Shown here: positions 8,211-16,554 of the stretch, in pieces
Numbering within the stretch: position 1 is the stretch's first letter
How the letters are laid out: each line of letters begins with the position of its first letter
Source: Salinispira sp.
Lineage (GTDB): Bacteria; Spirochaetota; Spirochaetia; DSM-27196; Salinispiraceae
Assembly (NCBI GenBank): GCA_965226555.1
Contig: CBDDDG010000019.1
Span: 1 to 35,483 of the forward strand
Reading direction: 5' to 3'
DNA: 35,483 nt
Notes under the pieces: model-generated
Database searches by the model: none
What the model saw: only the letters and a program-made list of their open reading frames with translations
Told to the model about the DNA's origin: nothing
Program-made: the position numbers and the translations under genes

Positions 8211-9215
8211 CTAACATTCCATTATTATCGAATAACTGGTCAGACCGAGGTTTTCCATAATTCGCAGAGATGCCCGTGAATTGTTCAGGGTGTAGAGATG
8301 GATGCCCGCGGTTCCATTGTTGAGCAGGCCGCTGATCTGCTCGCTGCACCAGTGTTCGCCGACCCGGGCGATTGCCGTGTTAATGCTCGGGCTATTTTTT
8401 TTCCCGGCGCCGTAGCGTTCCCAGCGGCCGCCGTTGTTGTTCACACTGAGTTGTAAGCGCCGGAGAAGTGCCGCGGGAAATCGGCTGCCGACAGAAAGCT
8501 CCGCCATGCGTTCCATGCCTCGTATTGTTGTAATGGGCATGAGCCCTGCTATTACAGGGATATGAATACCGGCAAGAGCGCAGCGCTCTCTGAAATCGTA
8601 AAAATCGCGGTTGTCAAAAAATAACTGGGTAACAATATAATCGGCGCCGGCATCGACCTTGGCCTTGAGGTAATCCATTTCAATAAGACGATTCGGACTT
8701 GCCGGGTGCCCCTCGGGAAAACCAGCGACCCCAACTCCAAAATGCGGATAATGGGACTTTATATAGGCAACCAGATCGGCGGCATAGCTGAATCGTTCCG
8801 TTTCAATCCTGCCGGCCATTCCCGCTCTGCCGGTCGCAGCGGTTTCTCCGTCCGCGCCAGCAGCGCCGCTCGCGGGAACATCTCCCCGGATGGCCAGAAT
8901 GTTGTGCACACCTTCTTCATCGTAGCGCTGAAGAATGCGCGCTATTTCCTCTTCGCTGCTGCCTGCGCAGCTGAGGTGCGCAACAACGGGAAGACCCTTG
9001 CTCTGTAATCGGGAAACAAGATTATGCGTATTTTTCCGGGTACTCCCTCCGGCTCCATAGGTAACCGAGACATAGGCAGGGCCCAAAGGGAGCAGTTCCC
9101 GCATTGTCTTATACAGCTGTTCCCAAGCAGCTTCGGTTTTGGGAGGAAAAAACTCAAAACTAAAGGGGGTAACCCGCTGTTTACGGGAGCTGGAAAAAAT
9201 ATCTCTGACCAGCAC
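8211..9215 (-). CDS. metF: 5,10-methylenetetrahydrofolate reductase
   Basis: FSFEFFPPK, VSVTYGAGGS, LAIRGD, VAGFPEGHP, KVDAGADYIVTQLFF and GIHLYTLN motifs. Probable GTG start at 9215, just after the metK stop; the longer ORF-track start lies inside metK. Confidence 0.95.
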   Translation of the reverse strand: MLVRDIFSSSRKQRVTPFSFEFFPPKTEAAWEQLYKTMRELLPLGPAYVSVTYGAGGSTRKNTHNLVSRLQSKGLPVVAHLSCAGSSEEEIARILQRYDEEGVHNILAIRGDVPASGAAGADGETAATGRAGMAGRIETERFSYAADLVAYIKSHYPHFGVGVAGFPEGHPASPNRLIEMDYLKAKVDAGADYIVTQLFFDNRDFYDFRERCALAGIHIPVIAGLMPITTIRGMERMAELSVGSRFPAALLRRLQLSVNNNGGRWERYGAGKKNSPSINTAIARVGEHWCSEQISGLLNNGTAGIHLYTLNNSRASLRIMENLGLTSYSIIMEC

Positions 9216-9225
9216 AATTTCCGAC

Positions 9226-10404
9226 CTATACCTGCCCGCCCGACAGCGCAGATTGCACCGCATCAATTCGGTCAAGCTTTTCCCAGTTGAGTCCATTTCT
9301 GCCGAAGTGCCCATAATTCGTTGTTTTACGGTACATGGGTGTACGCAGATCAAGTGTTTCTTCAATTTTTGAAGGCTCCAGATCAAACATATTCTGTACG
9401 AGCTTTGCTATTTTTACATCATCAATAACTGCTGTCCCGAAACTTTCAACGGCAACACCCACCGGAAACGGAACCCCAATAGCATAGGCAAGCTGTATTT
9501 CAATACGCTTCGCAATACCAGCCGCAACAAGGTTTTTTGCTATGTAGCGGGCCATATAGGCAGCAGAACGATCAACCTTGCTGGAATCTTTACCGCTGAA
9601 AGCTCCGCCGCCATGCCGGGCAGCTCCTCCGTATGTATCGGCTATAATTTTTCTGCCGGTGAGCCCGACATCGCCATTCGGACCGCCGATAACAAAGCGT
9701 CCTGTGGGGTTAATATAAAATGTGGTATCCTCAGTGAGCATATCATCAACTTCGCAGACCGGCCGTATAACTTCCGCAATGAGGCATTCCCGAATTTCAT
9801 CGGTACTGACATTCGGATCATGCTGATGGCTCAGGACAATAGAGTCGATTCGCACTGGTTTGTATCCTTCATAGACAATGGCAACCTGACTTTTACTGTC
9901 CGGCCGAAGCCAGGAAATTGTCCCTTCTTTCCGAAGTTTGGCAGCCTGCTGAAGAATTTTATGCGCGTACATCAACGTTGCCGGCATAAATTCGGCTGTT
10001 TCATCGCAGGCAAAACCGAATATAATACCCTGATCGCCTGCTCCCTGCTGCCCCGAATACAGAGCATTCCGTGTTACGCCCCGCGCAATGTCTTTACTCT
10101 GATTATGAATGACATTGAGAAGACCAATTTCATCAATATCCAAACCATACTCCGCATGAGTATACCCGACATCCCACACAACATTATAAATGATGTCCGG
10201 CATATCAATGTATGCTGATGTCGTAATTTCACCGCCGACCAATATCATATCCTGAGAAATAAAAGTCTCACAGGCAACTCTGCTCTCAGGATCATTCATT
10301 AAGCAGGTGTCAAGCACGGCATCTGATATTTGATCGGCCAACTTATCGGGGTGTCCCTCAGAGACTGATTCAGAAATAAAAATATGTTCATGGGATTCTA
10401 ACAT
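9226..10404 (-). CDS. metK: S-adenosylmethionine synthetase
   Basis: SESVSEGHPDKLADQISD, GAGDQG, GLTGRKII and GGGAFSGKD motifs. Confidence 0.98.
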   Translation of the reverse strand: MLESHEHIFISESVSEGHPDKLADQISDAVLDTCLMNDPESRVACETFISQDMILVGGEITTSAYIDMPDIIYNVVWDVGYTHAEYGLDIDEIGLLNVIHNQSKDIARGVTRNALYSGQQGAGDQGIIFGFACDETAEFMPATLMYAHKILQQAAKLRKEGTISWLRPDSKSQVAIVYEGYKPVRIDSIVLSHQHDPNVSTDEIRECLIAEVIRPVCEVDDMLTEDTTFYINPTGRFVIGGPNGDVGLTGRKIIADTYGGAARHGGGAFSGKDSSKVDRSAAYMARYIAKNLVAAGIAKRIEIQLAYAIGVPFPVGVAVESFGTAVIDDVKIAKLVQNMFDLEPSKIEETLDLRTPMYRKTTNYGHFGRNGLNWEKLDRIDAVQSALSGGQV

Positions 10405-10415
10405 ATACCTTACCT

Positions 10416-10443
10416 ATTGTAGATCAAATTCCTCGCATGTCAA
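10416..10443 (-). promoter_or_regulatory. sigma70-type promoter of metK-metF
   Basis: TTGACA (10443-10438), 16 nt, TACAAT (10421-10416), ending 11 nt before the ATG. Confidence 0.7.
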
Positions 10444-10468
10444 GTATATATCATTTATATATGCGAAT

Positions 10469-12190
10469 TCAAACTGCCCGGAAATACCTGTCGCCCACAC
10501 GTAGAACGGTCGAAATTACCCGTTCTATTTCCTCATGACCAAGAGAAGGAAAAATCGGGAGGCTGATTGTCGACAGATAACTCTCAAGTGCATGGGGGAA
10601 ATCTGATGGTTTATAGCTGAATGTTTTCTGATAAAAGCTCATGAGATGAAGGGGAATGAAATGCACAGTGCTGCCGATCCCAGCTGCCGCGAGATGAGCC
10701 ATGAATTCATCGCGGCTAATGCTCAGTTTTTTGAGATTCAGACGCAGACTATAGATATGCCATGAATGTCTGCTGGAACTGTGGAAATCGGCAGGATCAA
10801 CAGGATCGGCGGAGGCGGGAGCGGAGGCGGCAGGAGCAGCACCGGGCGGTAAACTGCACCAATCCCGATCGGCAAATGCCTGCGCATAGCGTTCCGCAAT
10901 AGTTCTGCGGGCCTCCATATAGCTGCGGGCCTTGTGAAGCTGCATCCTCCCGATACAGGCGAGAATGTCGGGCATGTTGTATTTGTATCCGAGAACGTCA
11001 ACATCGTAATGCCATGGGGCATTTCTGCCTATGCGGGTGTAGCGCGACCATGCATCTCTGTTAATACCATGAAGCCTGAGGGTTCGAGCAGCATCGGCTG
11101 CCTGCGAATCGCGTACAATAAGCATACCGCCTTCACCCGTTGTAATAGTCTTGTTGGCGTAAAAGGAAAATACCGCGATACGCCCCCGAGTACCCTGCAA
11201 ATTTCCGCAGGAATTCTTTGCAGGGAAACTATGGGCGGCATCCTCAATGACGGTAAAACCATGCCTGCGGGAGAGGTCATCCAGAGCATCGCCGCCGTGC
11301 TCAAGACCGGCAAAGTGTACTGCCATAGCTCCTTTCAATTTTCTGCGGATTTTCCCCTTCTTCAATGCCTGCTCAAGCTTTTCAACATCCAGATGATACC
11401 CCCCGGGAACGGTATCGATAAACAGGGGAATAAGGCCGTTATATAATATGGAGTGAGCGCTTGCCGCAAAGGTATAGGGGCTGAGGGCAATGTACCGACC
11501 CGCAGGAAAACCCAGGGTACTGATGCCGACATGCAGAGCCGCCGTTGCCGATGAGAAAGCGAGCGCCTGGAGGTCATCGCGCTCAGGCGGTGCGGGCGAC
11601 CCCATGGGCTCAGGTGCCGCAGAGGGCGTAGGCGACTGGGAGGGCGCGGGCGAGCATTCCTGCTCAGGCGACCCCGCCCGCTCAAGTGCCCCCGGGGGCG
11701 TAGGCGACCCCGCCCGCTCAAGTGCCGCAGGGGGGGCGGGCGACTGGGAGGGCGCGGGCGAGCATTCCTGCTCAGGCGACCCCGCCCGCTCAAGTGCCGC
11801 AGGGGGGGCGGGCGACTGGGAGGGCGCGGGCGAGCATTCCTGCTCAGGCGACCCCGCCCGATCAAGTGCCCCCGGGGGCGTAGGCGACTGGGAGGGCGCG
11901 GGCGACCCCGCCCGCTCGCCCGCGCCCGCCCGCAGAAAGCTCGCGAATTCCTTTTCAAAGCTCAGCGTCTCATTTCCGGTGGTAAGCCAACCGCTCCTCA
12001 TTACGCGGAGTACGGCTTCCTCTTCCTCTCTTCCGAGTACAGGCCGGGAGTAGGGTATGGCGCTCGGTTCACCGGCTTTTCTGCCGGCGTCGGGTATGGC
12101 GCTCGGTTCAACGGCTTTTCTGCCGGCGTCGGGTATGGCGCTCGGTTCACCGGCTTTTCTGCTGGCGTCGGAATTAATACTCGGGTTCAT
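10469..12190 (-). CDS. DegT/DnrJ/EryC1/StrS family PLP-dependent sugar aminotransferase with large repeat insertions
   Basis: SGWLTTG, SSATAALH, IEDAAH, FSFYANKTITTGEGGM (PLP Lys), GYKYNM and ISLPIFP motifs. The start overlaps the end of the CapD-like gene. Confidence 0.92.
   Translation of the reverse strand: MNPSINSDASRKAGEPSAIPDAGRKAVEPSAIPDAGRKAGEPSAIPYSRPVLGREEEEAVLRVMRSGWLTTGNETLSFEKEFASFLRAGAGERAGSPAPSQSPTPPGALDRAGSPEQECSPAPSQSPAPPAALERAGSPEQECSPAPSQSPAPPAALERAGSPTPPGALERAGSPEQECSPAPSQSPTPSAAPEPMGSPAPPERDDLQALAFSSATAALHVGISTLGFPAGRYIALSPYTFAASAHSILYNGLIPLFIDTVPGGYHLDVEKLEQALKKGKIRRKLKGAMAVHFAGLEHGGDALDDLSRRHGFTVIEDAAHSFPAKNSCGNLQGTRGRIAVFSFYANKTITTGEGGMLIVRDSQAADAARTLRLHGINRDAWSRYTRIGRNAPWHYDVDVLGYKYNMPDILACIGRMQLHKARSYMEARRTIAERYAQAFADRDWCSLPPGAAPAASAPASADPVDPADFHSSSRHSWHIYSLRLNLKKLSISRDEFMAHLAAAGIGSTVHFIPLHLMSFYQKTFSYKPSDFPHALESYLSTISLPIFPSLGHEEIERVISTVLRVGDRYFRAV
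11581..11932. repeat. GC-rich 72-bp-unit tandem repeat (ALERAGSPEQECSPAPSQSPAPPA, ~3 full plus partial units), in frame within the DegT gene
   Basis: ggcgactgggagggcgcgggcgagcattcctgctcaggcgaccccgcccg occurs three times, with partial copies. Confidence 0.92.
12053..12169. repeat. 39-bp x3 tandem repeat (DAGRKAGEPSAIP) at the DegT N-terminus
   Basis: gggtatggcgctcggttca begins at 12053, 12092 and 12131. Confidence 0.92.
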
Positions 12191-13649
12191 CGGTCTGGGT
12201 TTTCAAAAGCGGCAGATGCTCACGGAGTATGCTGCGAAGAATGCGGCGGTTACGGTAGAGCTGAGGCTGCTTGGTATCGGGGTAACATACCGGCCGGATT
12301 TTACGGATAATGTCTCTCACGGGTATGTGTGTTTCCCGTTTATCTACCACCTGTATTCCCGGAAATTCGGTGGGGGTGCAGTGCTCGTATTTCTCATACA
12401 GATGTTCTTCAATTTTTTCCCCGAACCTCATGCCAATACATTCCAGACGAATGTCTTCTTCCGGTTCAAAACCGTAGAAGCGCACCATTTGTTCGGCTAA
12501 CTCCCGTATAAGAATTGCCTCGCCCATATTGAGGGTATACAGTTTACCGCTCTCACCCACACCGCCGGCCTTGAGAACAAGGCTGGAGGCTTCAGAAATG
12601 GTCATGAAGTAACGCCGCATATCATGGTGGGTAATGGTAAGCGGGCCTCCGTTAAGAATCTGCTGCCGAAAAAGCGGAACAATACTCCCCCGTGAGCCCA
12701 GCACATTTCCGAAACGCACAACAATAATGGCATTTTTCGGCTGATCAGCACCCTCAGCAAGCGTCAACTCCTCAGCTAAACGCTTACTGGCCCCGTATAT
12801 ACTTGTTGGTTCCACCGCCTTGTCGGTTGAAATATGCACAAACCGTACCCCTGCCATATCACGGATGGCATTCAAAACATTGGCAGTACCAAAAAGATTG
12901 TTCTGCAGTACCATAATCGGATTTTGTTCCGATATCGGAACGTGCTTATACGCAGCGGTATGAAAAATCGCATCGGGCTGAATTCGGGGAATAATGAAAT
13001 TCATATAGTCGGAATCGCGAATTTCTCCCAGAATTGGAATGATATTTGTTTTTTTGCCCACCCCTTCCTTCTGGAGAAGCCGGAGCGCCCGATCAATTTC
13101 ATAAATACTGTTTTCACCATGACCGAATAGATACAGACGGCTGAGTCCGCTATGGAGGAGTTGACGCGCCAGCTCTGAACCAATACTGCCTCCGGCTCCG
13201 GTAATGAGCACCCGCCTTCCGCGCAGATATTTCAGACTTTCCTGCAGATTAATGGTAACCGGTTTACGCAGAAGCAGATCTTCAAGATCAATTTCTCTCG
13301 CCTGAATGAGATGAGCTGAGCCTTCTATAATCTGCTCAACATCAGGAAGCAACATGATCCGGCTGAAATTCTGTTGCTGCAACAGGAGGAATATCTTCCT
13401 GAGCCGCTGACGGCTCAATGAGGGAATGGCAATAATTGCCATATCATCGCTCTGCGGGCGAATGATCCGCGCAATGTCATCAATAGGGCCGAGGACCGGA
13501 ACATTCTGTACACGGCTGCCGATCTTCGCGCTGTCATCATCAAGAAAGGCAATAACATCACCGTATATGCCCTTTGCCTGAATATCGGAAAGCAGACATT
13601 TACCGGCAAACCCTGCCCCGATAATGTATACACGCTTTTTATTACTCAT
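12174..13649 (-). CDS. Polysaccharide biosynthesis nucleotide-sugar 4,6-dehydratase (CapD/PglF family, no N-terminal TM domain)
   Basis: IIGAGFAG, ITGAGGSIGSEL, HTAAYKHVP, ISTDKAVEPTSIYGASK, VRFGNVLGSRGSIVP and GEKIEE motifs. Confidence 0.93.
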   Translation of the reverse strand: MSNKKRVYIIGAGFAGKCLLSDIQAKGIYGDVIAFLDDDSAKIGSRVQNVPVLGPIDDIARIIRPQSDDMAIIAIPSLSRQRLRKIFLLLQQQNFSRIMLLPDVEQIIEGSAHLIQAREIDLEDLLLRKPVTINLQESLKYLRGRRVLITGAGGSIGSELARQLLHSGLSRLYLFGHGENSIYEIDRALRLLQKEGVGKKTNIIPILGEIRDSDYMNFIIPRIQPDAIFHTAAYKHVPISEQNPIMVLQNNLFGTANVLNAIRDMAGVRFVHISTDKAVEPTSIYGASKRLAEELTLAEGADQPKNAIIVVRFGNVLGSRGSIVPLFRQQILNGGPLTITHHDMRRYFMTISEASSLVLKAGGVGESGKLYTLNMGEAILIRELAEQMVRFYGFEPEEDIRLECIGMRFGEKIEEHLYEKYEHCTPTEFPGIQVVDKRETHIPVRDIIRKIRPVCYPDTKQPQLYRNRRILRSILREHLPLLKTQTDEPEY

Positions 13650-13749
13650 CTATTCAGAAAATCCATGTAAAGCATGGCTGCCACAAGCTTCACCGGCTTA
13701 TTCACAAGGCGCTTACATCCAGTACATCAATATTTTTATTCATATAATC

Positions 13750-13794
13750 AATATACCTGAAACTTTTGCTTTATGCAAAACTTTGTTATATTCT
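13750..13794. promoter_or_regulatory. Bidirectional promoter built on an imperfect 11-5-11 palindrome
   Basis: Plus strand: TTGCTT (13766-13771), 17 nt, TATTCT (13789-13794). Minus strand: TTGCAT (13778-13773), 17 nt, TATATT (13755-13750). Palindrome GAAACTTTTGC-TTTAT-GCAAAACTTTG at 13759-13785. Confidence 0.6.
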
Positions 13795-13802
13795 GTACTT
13801 AT

Positions 13803-15200
13803 ATGAATTCAATTGCAGAAAAACTAAATTGGCAGCTCAAAAATACGATTATTGACCGACTTCTTTCCGATTTCGGCCGGAGAATATTTTTTCCCCGAGG
13901 CATAGTCGCGCAAAGCGCTGAAGCTGCGGGGAAAGCGCATTATCTGAATGCGACAATTGGCATGGCCTACAAAGACAGGGAAGCTCTCTGCCTTCCGGTA
14001 CTGCGAAAAATGCTTCCCGGGCTCAGCGCAACAGAAGCAGTTACCTATGCGCCAACCGGTGGAATACAAACGCTCCGTCATGTATGGAAGGACCTTCAGA
14101 AACATAAAAACCCCGGACTGCGTACGAAGGAATACAGTTTACCGATGGTAGTTGCCGGTCTGACATCTGGAATTTTTCAAATGGCGGAATTGTTCATAAA
14201 TTCCGGTGATCATATTATTGTTCCCGATATGTACTGGGGAAATTACCGGCTCATTGTTTCAGAGAGACGGGGGGGGCTGTTGAAAACCTTTCCCCTCTTT
14301 AACGCAGATGGCGGGTTCAACCTTGAAGGATTTAAACAGCAGCTTAACCGTTCTGTTGCGGAACAAAAATCGCTTGCGGAACAAAAGAACAAACGGGGGA
14401 AAATTATTCTGTTATTGAACTTTCCAAACAACCCGACCGGTTACAGCCCGACATTCAGAGAAGCCGGGCAGATAACACACATTCTCCGAGACATTGCACA
14501 TAAAGATAATGATATTCTTACCGTTCATGACGATGCATACTTCGGTCTTTTTTACGATGAGAATGTCTGCTCGGAAAGCTTGTTCGCCTCCTGCGCCGAT
14601 GCGCATCCGAACATTCTGGCGCTTAAAATTGACGGCGCCACCAAGGAGGACTATGCATGGGGTTTTCGGGTTGCGTTTATGTCTTTCGGATCGAAGGGCA
14701 TGGGAGAGCAGGATTTTGATCCGCTTCTGAATAAGCTGATGGGTTCCATCCGCTCCAGCATCTCTAACTCTCCGGGCATAAGCCAGAATCTGCTCATAAA
14801 AATTCTGAATAGCCCCGAGTATTCGGCTCAGAAGATTCAGGCGCAAAAAGAGCTGACTGCCCGATACTTCGCAGTGAAGAAACTCATCAACGCTGCCTAT
14901 ACGGACGATGCGGGCAGGAAGCTCGCCGCGGGCAGGCAACTTTCGGGCGGGAAGCTCGCGCAGATACTTTTTCCCCTCCCCTTTAACTCGGGGTATTTTA
15001 TGACATTTCGGGTGCCCGGTATTTCTGCTGAGGTGCTGCGATGCTCCTTATTGGAAAAAGGAATTGGTGTTATCGCGGTGGGAGAAGATATTCTGCGTGT
15101 TGCGTTTTCAGCGGTCGATCTGGACAAGATACAATCGCTGTATGACACAATTTTTGAAACTGCCGAACACCTGTATGAACATAGAACCTCAACCGCATGA
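13803..15200 (+). CDS. Class I/II PLP-dependent aminotransferase
   Basis: NATIG, YWGNY, NFPNNPTGYSP, DDAYFGL, KIDGATKEDYAWGFRV (PLP Lys) and PFNSGYFM motifs. Start moved to ATG 13803. Confidence 0.9.
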   Translation: MNSIAEKLNWQLKNTIIDRLLSDFGRRIFFPRGIVAQSAEAAGKAHYLNATIGMAYKDREALCLPVLRKMLPGLSATEAVTYAPTGGIQTLRHVWKDLQKHKNPGLRTKEYSLPMVVAGLTSGIFQMAELFINSGDHIIVPDMYWGNYRLIVSERRGGLLKTFPLFNADGGFNLEGFKQQLNRSVAEQKSLAEQKNKRGKIILLLNFPNNPTGYSPTFREAGQITHILRDIAHKDNDILTVHDDAYFGLFYDENVCSESLFASCADAHPNILALKIDGATKEDYAWGFRVAFMSFGSKGMGEQDFDPLLNKLMGSIRSSISNSPGISQNLLIKILNSPEYSAQKIQAQKELTARYFAVKKLINAAYTDDAGRKLAAGRQLSGGKLAQILFPLPFNSGYFMTFRVPGISAEVLRCSLLEKGIGVIAVGEDILRVAFSAVDLDKIQSLYDTIFETAEHLYEHRTSTA

Positions 15201-16459
15201 TTGCTGAAAAAATACATTCCCGCACATTCTCCGTGATATTCCTTTCGGTTCTTGTATTCACAGGATTGTTCGCAGGATGTAATCGGAGAAGCGAAATCAT
15301 CAGTATTGCGACAGATCTTCCCGAAGTTACCGAATACCTTGAGTTTGTGCGAACAATTATATCGCCTCCCTATTTCACGGTTATTTTTGATGACAACCCA
15401 AACAGAAGTACGGTTCTTGGAGATATCAGCCCCGACATTATCATCAGCAACCGTATTACCAATGAAACATTTTCCCAGAACCTCTATCCCATTCCGTTTT
15501 CGCGGCTCACCAAGCAAAGCGGCTCAAAAAATGATCATTTTGTATTGGAAGATATGTACCCGGGAAGCTACGCATCGTACCAGAGAAACAATACTGTTTC
15601 CGCATTTGTTCTTGCCTTTGATCTGCCCATTATTTACGGGAATGCCGAATTTATTGAGAATTTGGAGAATCCAGAGCATGATTCCCGCGTGACCTATGAC
15701 CAACTCCTCGCAGCTGCTGAAAATTTTACAACGCTGCGGCAGGATATCTATTCAACAATGGGATTTTCAAGTTTACGCAACATCCTGTTCATCGATCTTC
15801 TTATTCGTGAGCATACACAAATTCGGAATGCAATCCCCGGACTCAATGAACTTCAGGCTGCCATGAAAGATATTGCATCCTATCTGACAGAAAGAACACA
15901 GGAACCCGAAGCGCAGATATATTATAACAATGTTTTTGCCTACTCGGCGGATAATTCAAGCATTGCGGACGGGCATTTATTTTCGAGCCTGAGCAGCCTG
16001 CATGAATATATTACCGACGTGAATTCCCGGATATTTCCCTATGTATGGCTCTATTCCGAAGAGCAGATAGAAGCGCTCAACCCGATATACATTGGAATTA
16101 CGCAAAACAGCAGGCATAAGAGCGGTGGAATTGAGATACTTCGCCGGCTTTTGAGTGCCAGAGTACAGACACTGTATCTACAGGAAAAATTCAATAGCCA
16201 GAAATCGTTCACGTTTTTCCTCTCGCATCTGAGCAGTAACCGCATAGTGAACGACTATGTCATTCCCCATTTTTCAGATACCTATATTCCTCCTGAAAAC
16301 ATAATGTTTCCCGGAAAACCCATCTTTCTGTGGGATGAAATAAAAACACAGGTATACTATCCATGGATTGCCGATAACATTATTGCTCCTGAAATTTCAA
16401 CCGATGAACTATACCAAAACCTTGAAAGCTACTATAAGCTTAACAGCGGCTATCAGTGA
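15197..16459 (+). CDS. Lipoprotein, probable extracellular solute-binding-protein-like fold
   Basis: Signal peptide with lipobox LFAG-C. LAFDLPIIYGN and TYDQLLAAA recall SBP family 1. ATGA overlap with the upstream gene. Confidence 0.6.
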   Translation: MIAEKIHSRTFSVIFLSVLVFTGLFAGCNRRSEIISIATDLPEVTEYLEFVRTIISPPYFTVIFDDNPNRSTVLGDISPDIIISNRITNETFSQNLYPIPFSRLTKQSGSKNDHFVLEDMYPGSYASYQRNNTVSAFVLAFDLPIIYGNAEFIENLENPEHDSRVTYDQLLAAAENFTTLRQDIYSTMGFSSLRNILFIDLLIREHTQIRNAIPGLNELQAAMKDIASYLTERTQEPEAQIYYNNVFAYSADNSSIADGHLFSSLSSLHEYITDVNSRIFPYVWLYSEEQIEALNPIYIGITQNSRHKSGGIEILRRLLSARVQTLYLQEKFNSQKSFTFFLSHLSSNRIVNDYVIPHFSDTYIPPENIMFPGKPIFLWDEIKTQVYYPWIADNIIAPEISTDELYQNLESYYKLNSGYQ

Positions 16460-16472
16460 TGCTGCGGCTGTC

Positions 16473-16554
16473 CCGAAATCATCCCGCCGCCCAGAAATCA
16501 TCCCGCTACCCCGAAACCTTCCCGCTGCCCCGAAATCATCCCGCCGCCCCGAAA
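16473..16554. repeat. 19-bp x4 tandem repeat spanning the GH57 stop codon and the convergent intergenic gap
   Basis: Units ccgaaatcatcccgccgcc / cagaaatcatcccgctacc / ccgaaaccttcccgctgcc / ccgaaatcatcccgccgcc. Confidence 0.88.

Noticed and set aside
9216..9386. 161-nt metF/metK overlap implied by the ORF track
   Set aside because: MetF similarity begins at GTG 9215; the extension is incidental open frame.
10405..10468. SAM riboswitch upstream of metK-metF
   Set aside because: The promoter ends 11 nt before the ATG, leaving no room for an aptamer.
11581..11932. Intein or self-splicing intron in DegT
   Set aside because: No C/S...HN-C/S/T termini, homing-nuclease motifs or intron-like structure; it is a simple tandem repeat.
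11362..12053. Alternative-frame ORFs across the DegT repeat
   Set aside because: GC-rich repeats lack stops in several frames, and DegT motifs flank the insert in one continuous frame.
16473..16554. CRISPR array (also considered for 11581-11932 and 25665-26385)
   Set aside because: Units are head-to-tail with no unique spacers, most are in-frame coding, and there are no cas genes.
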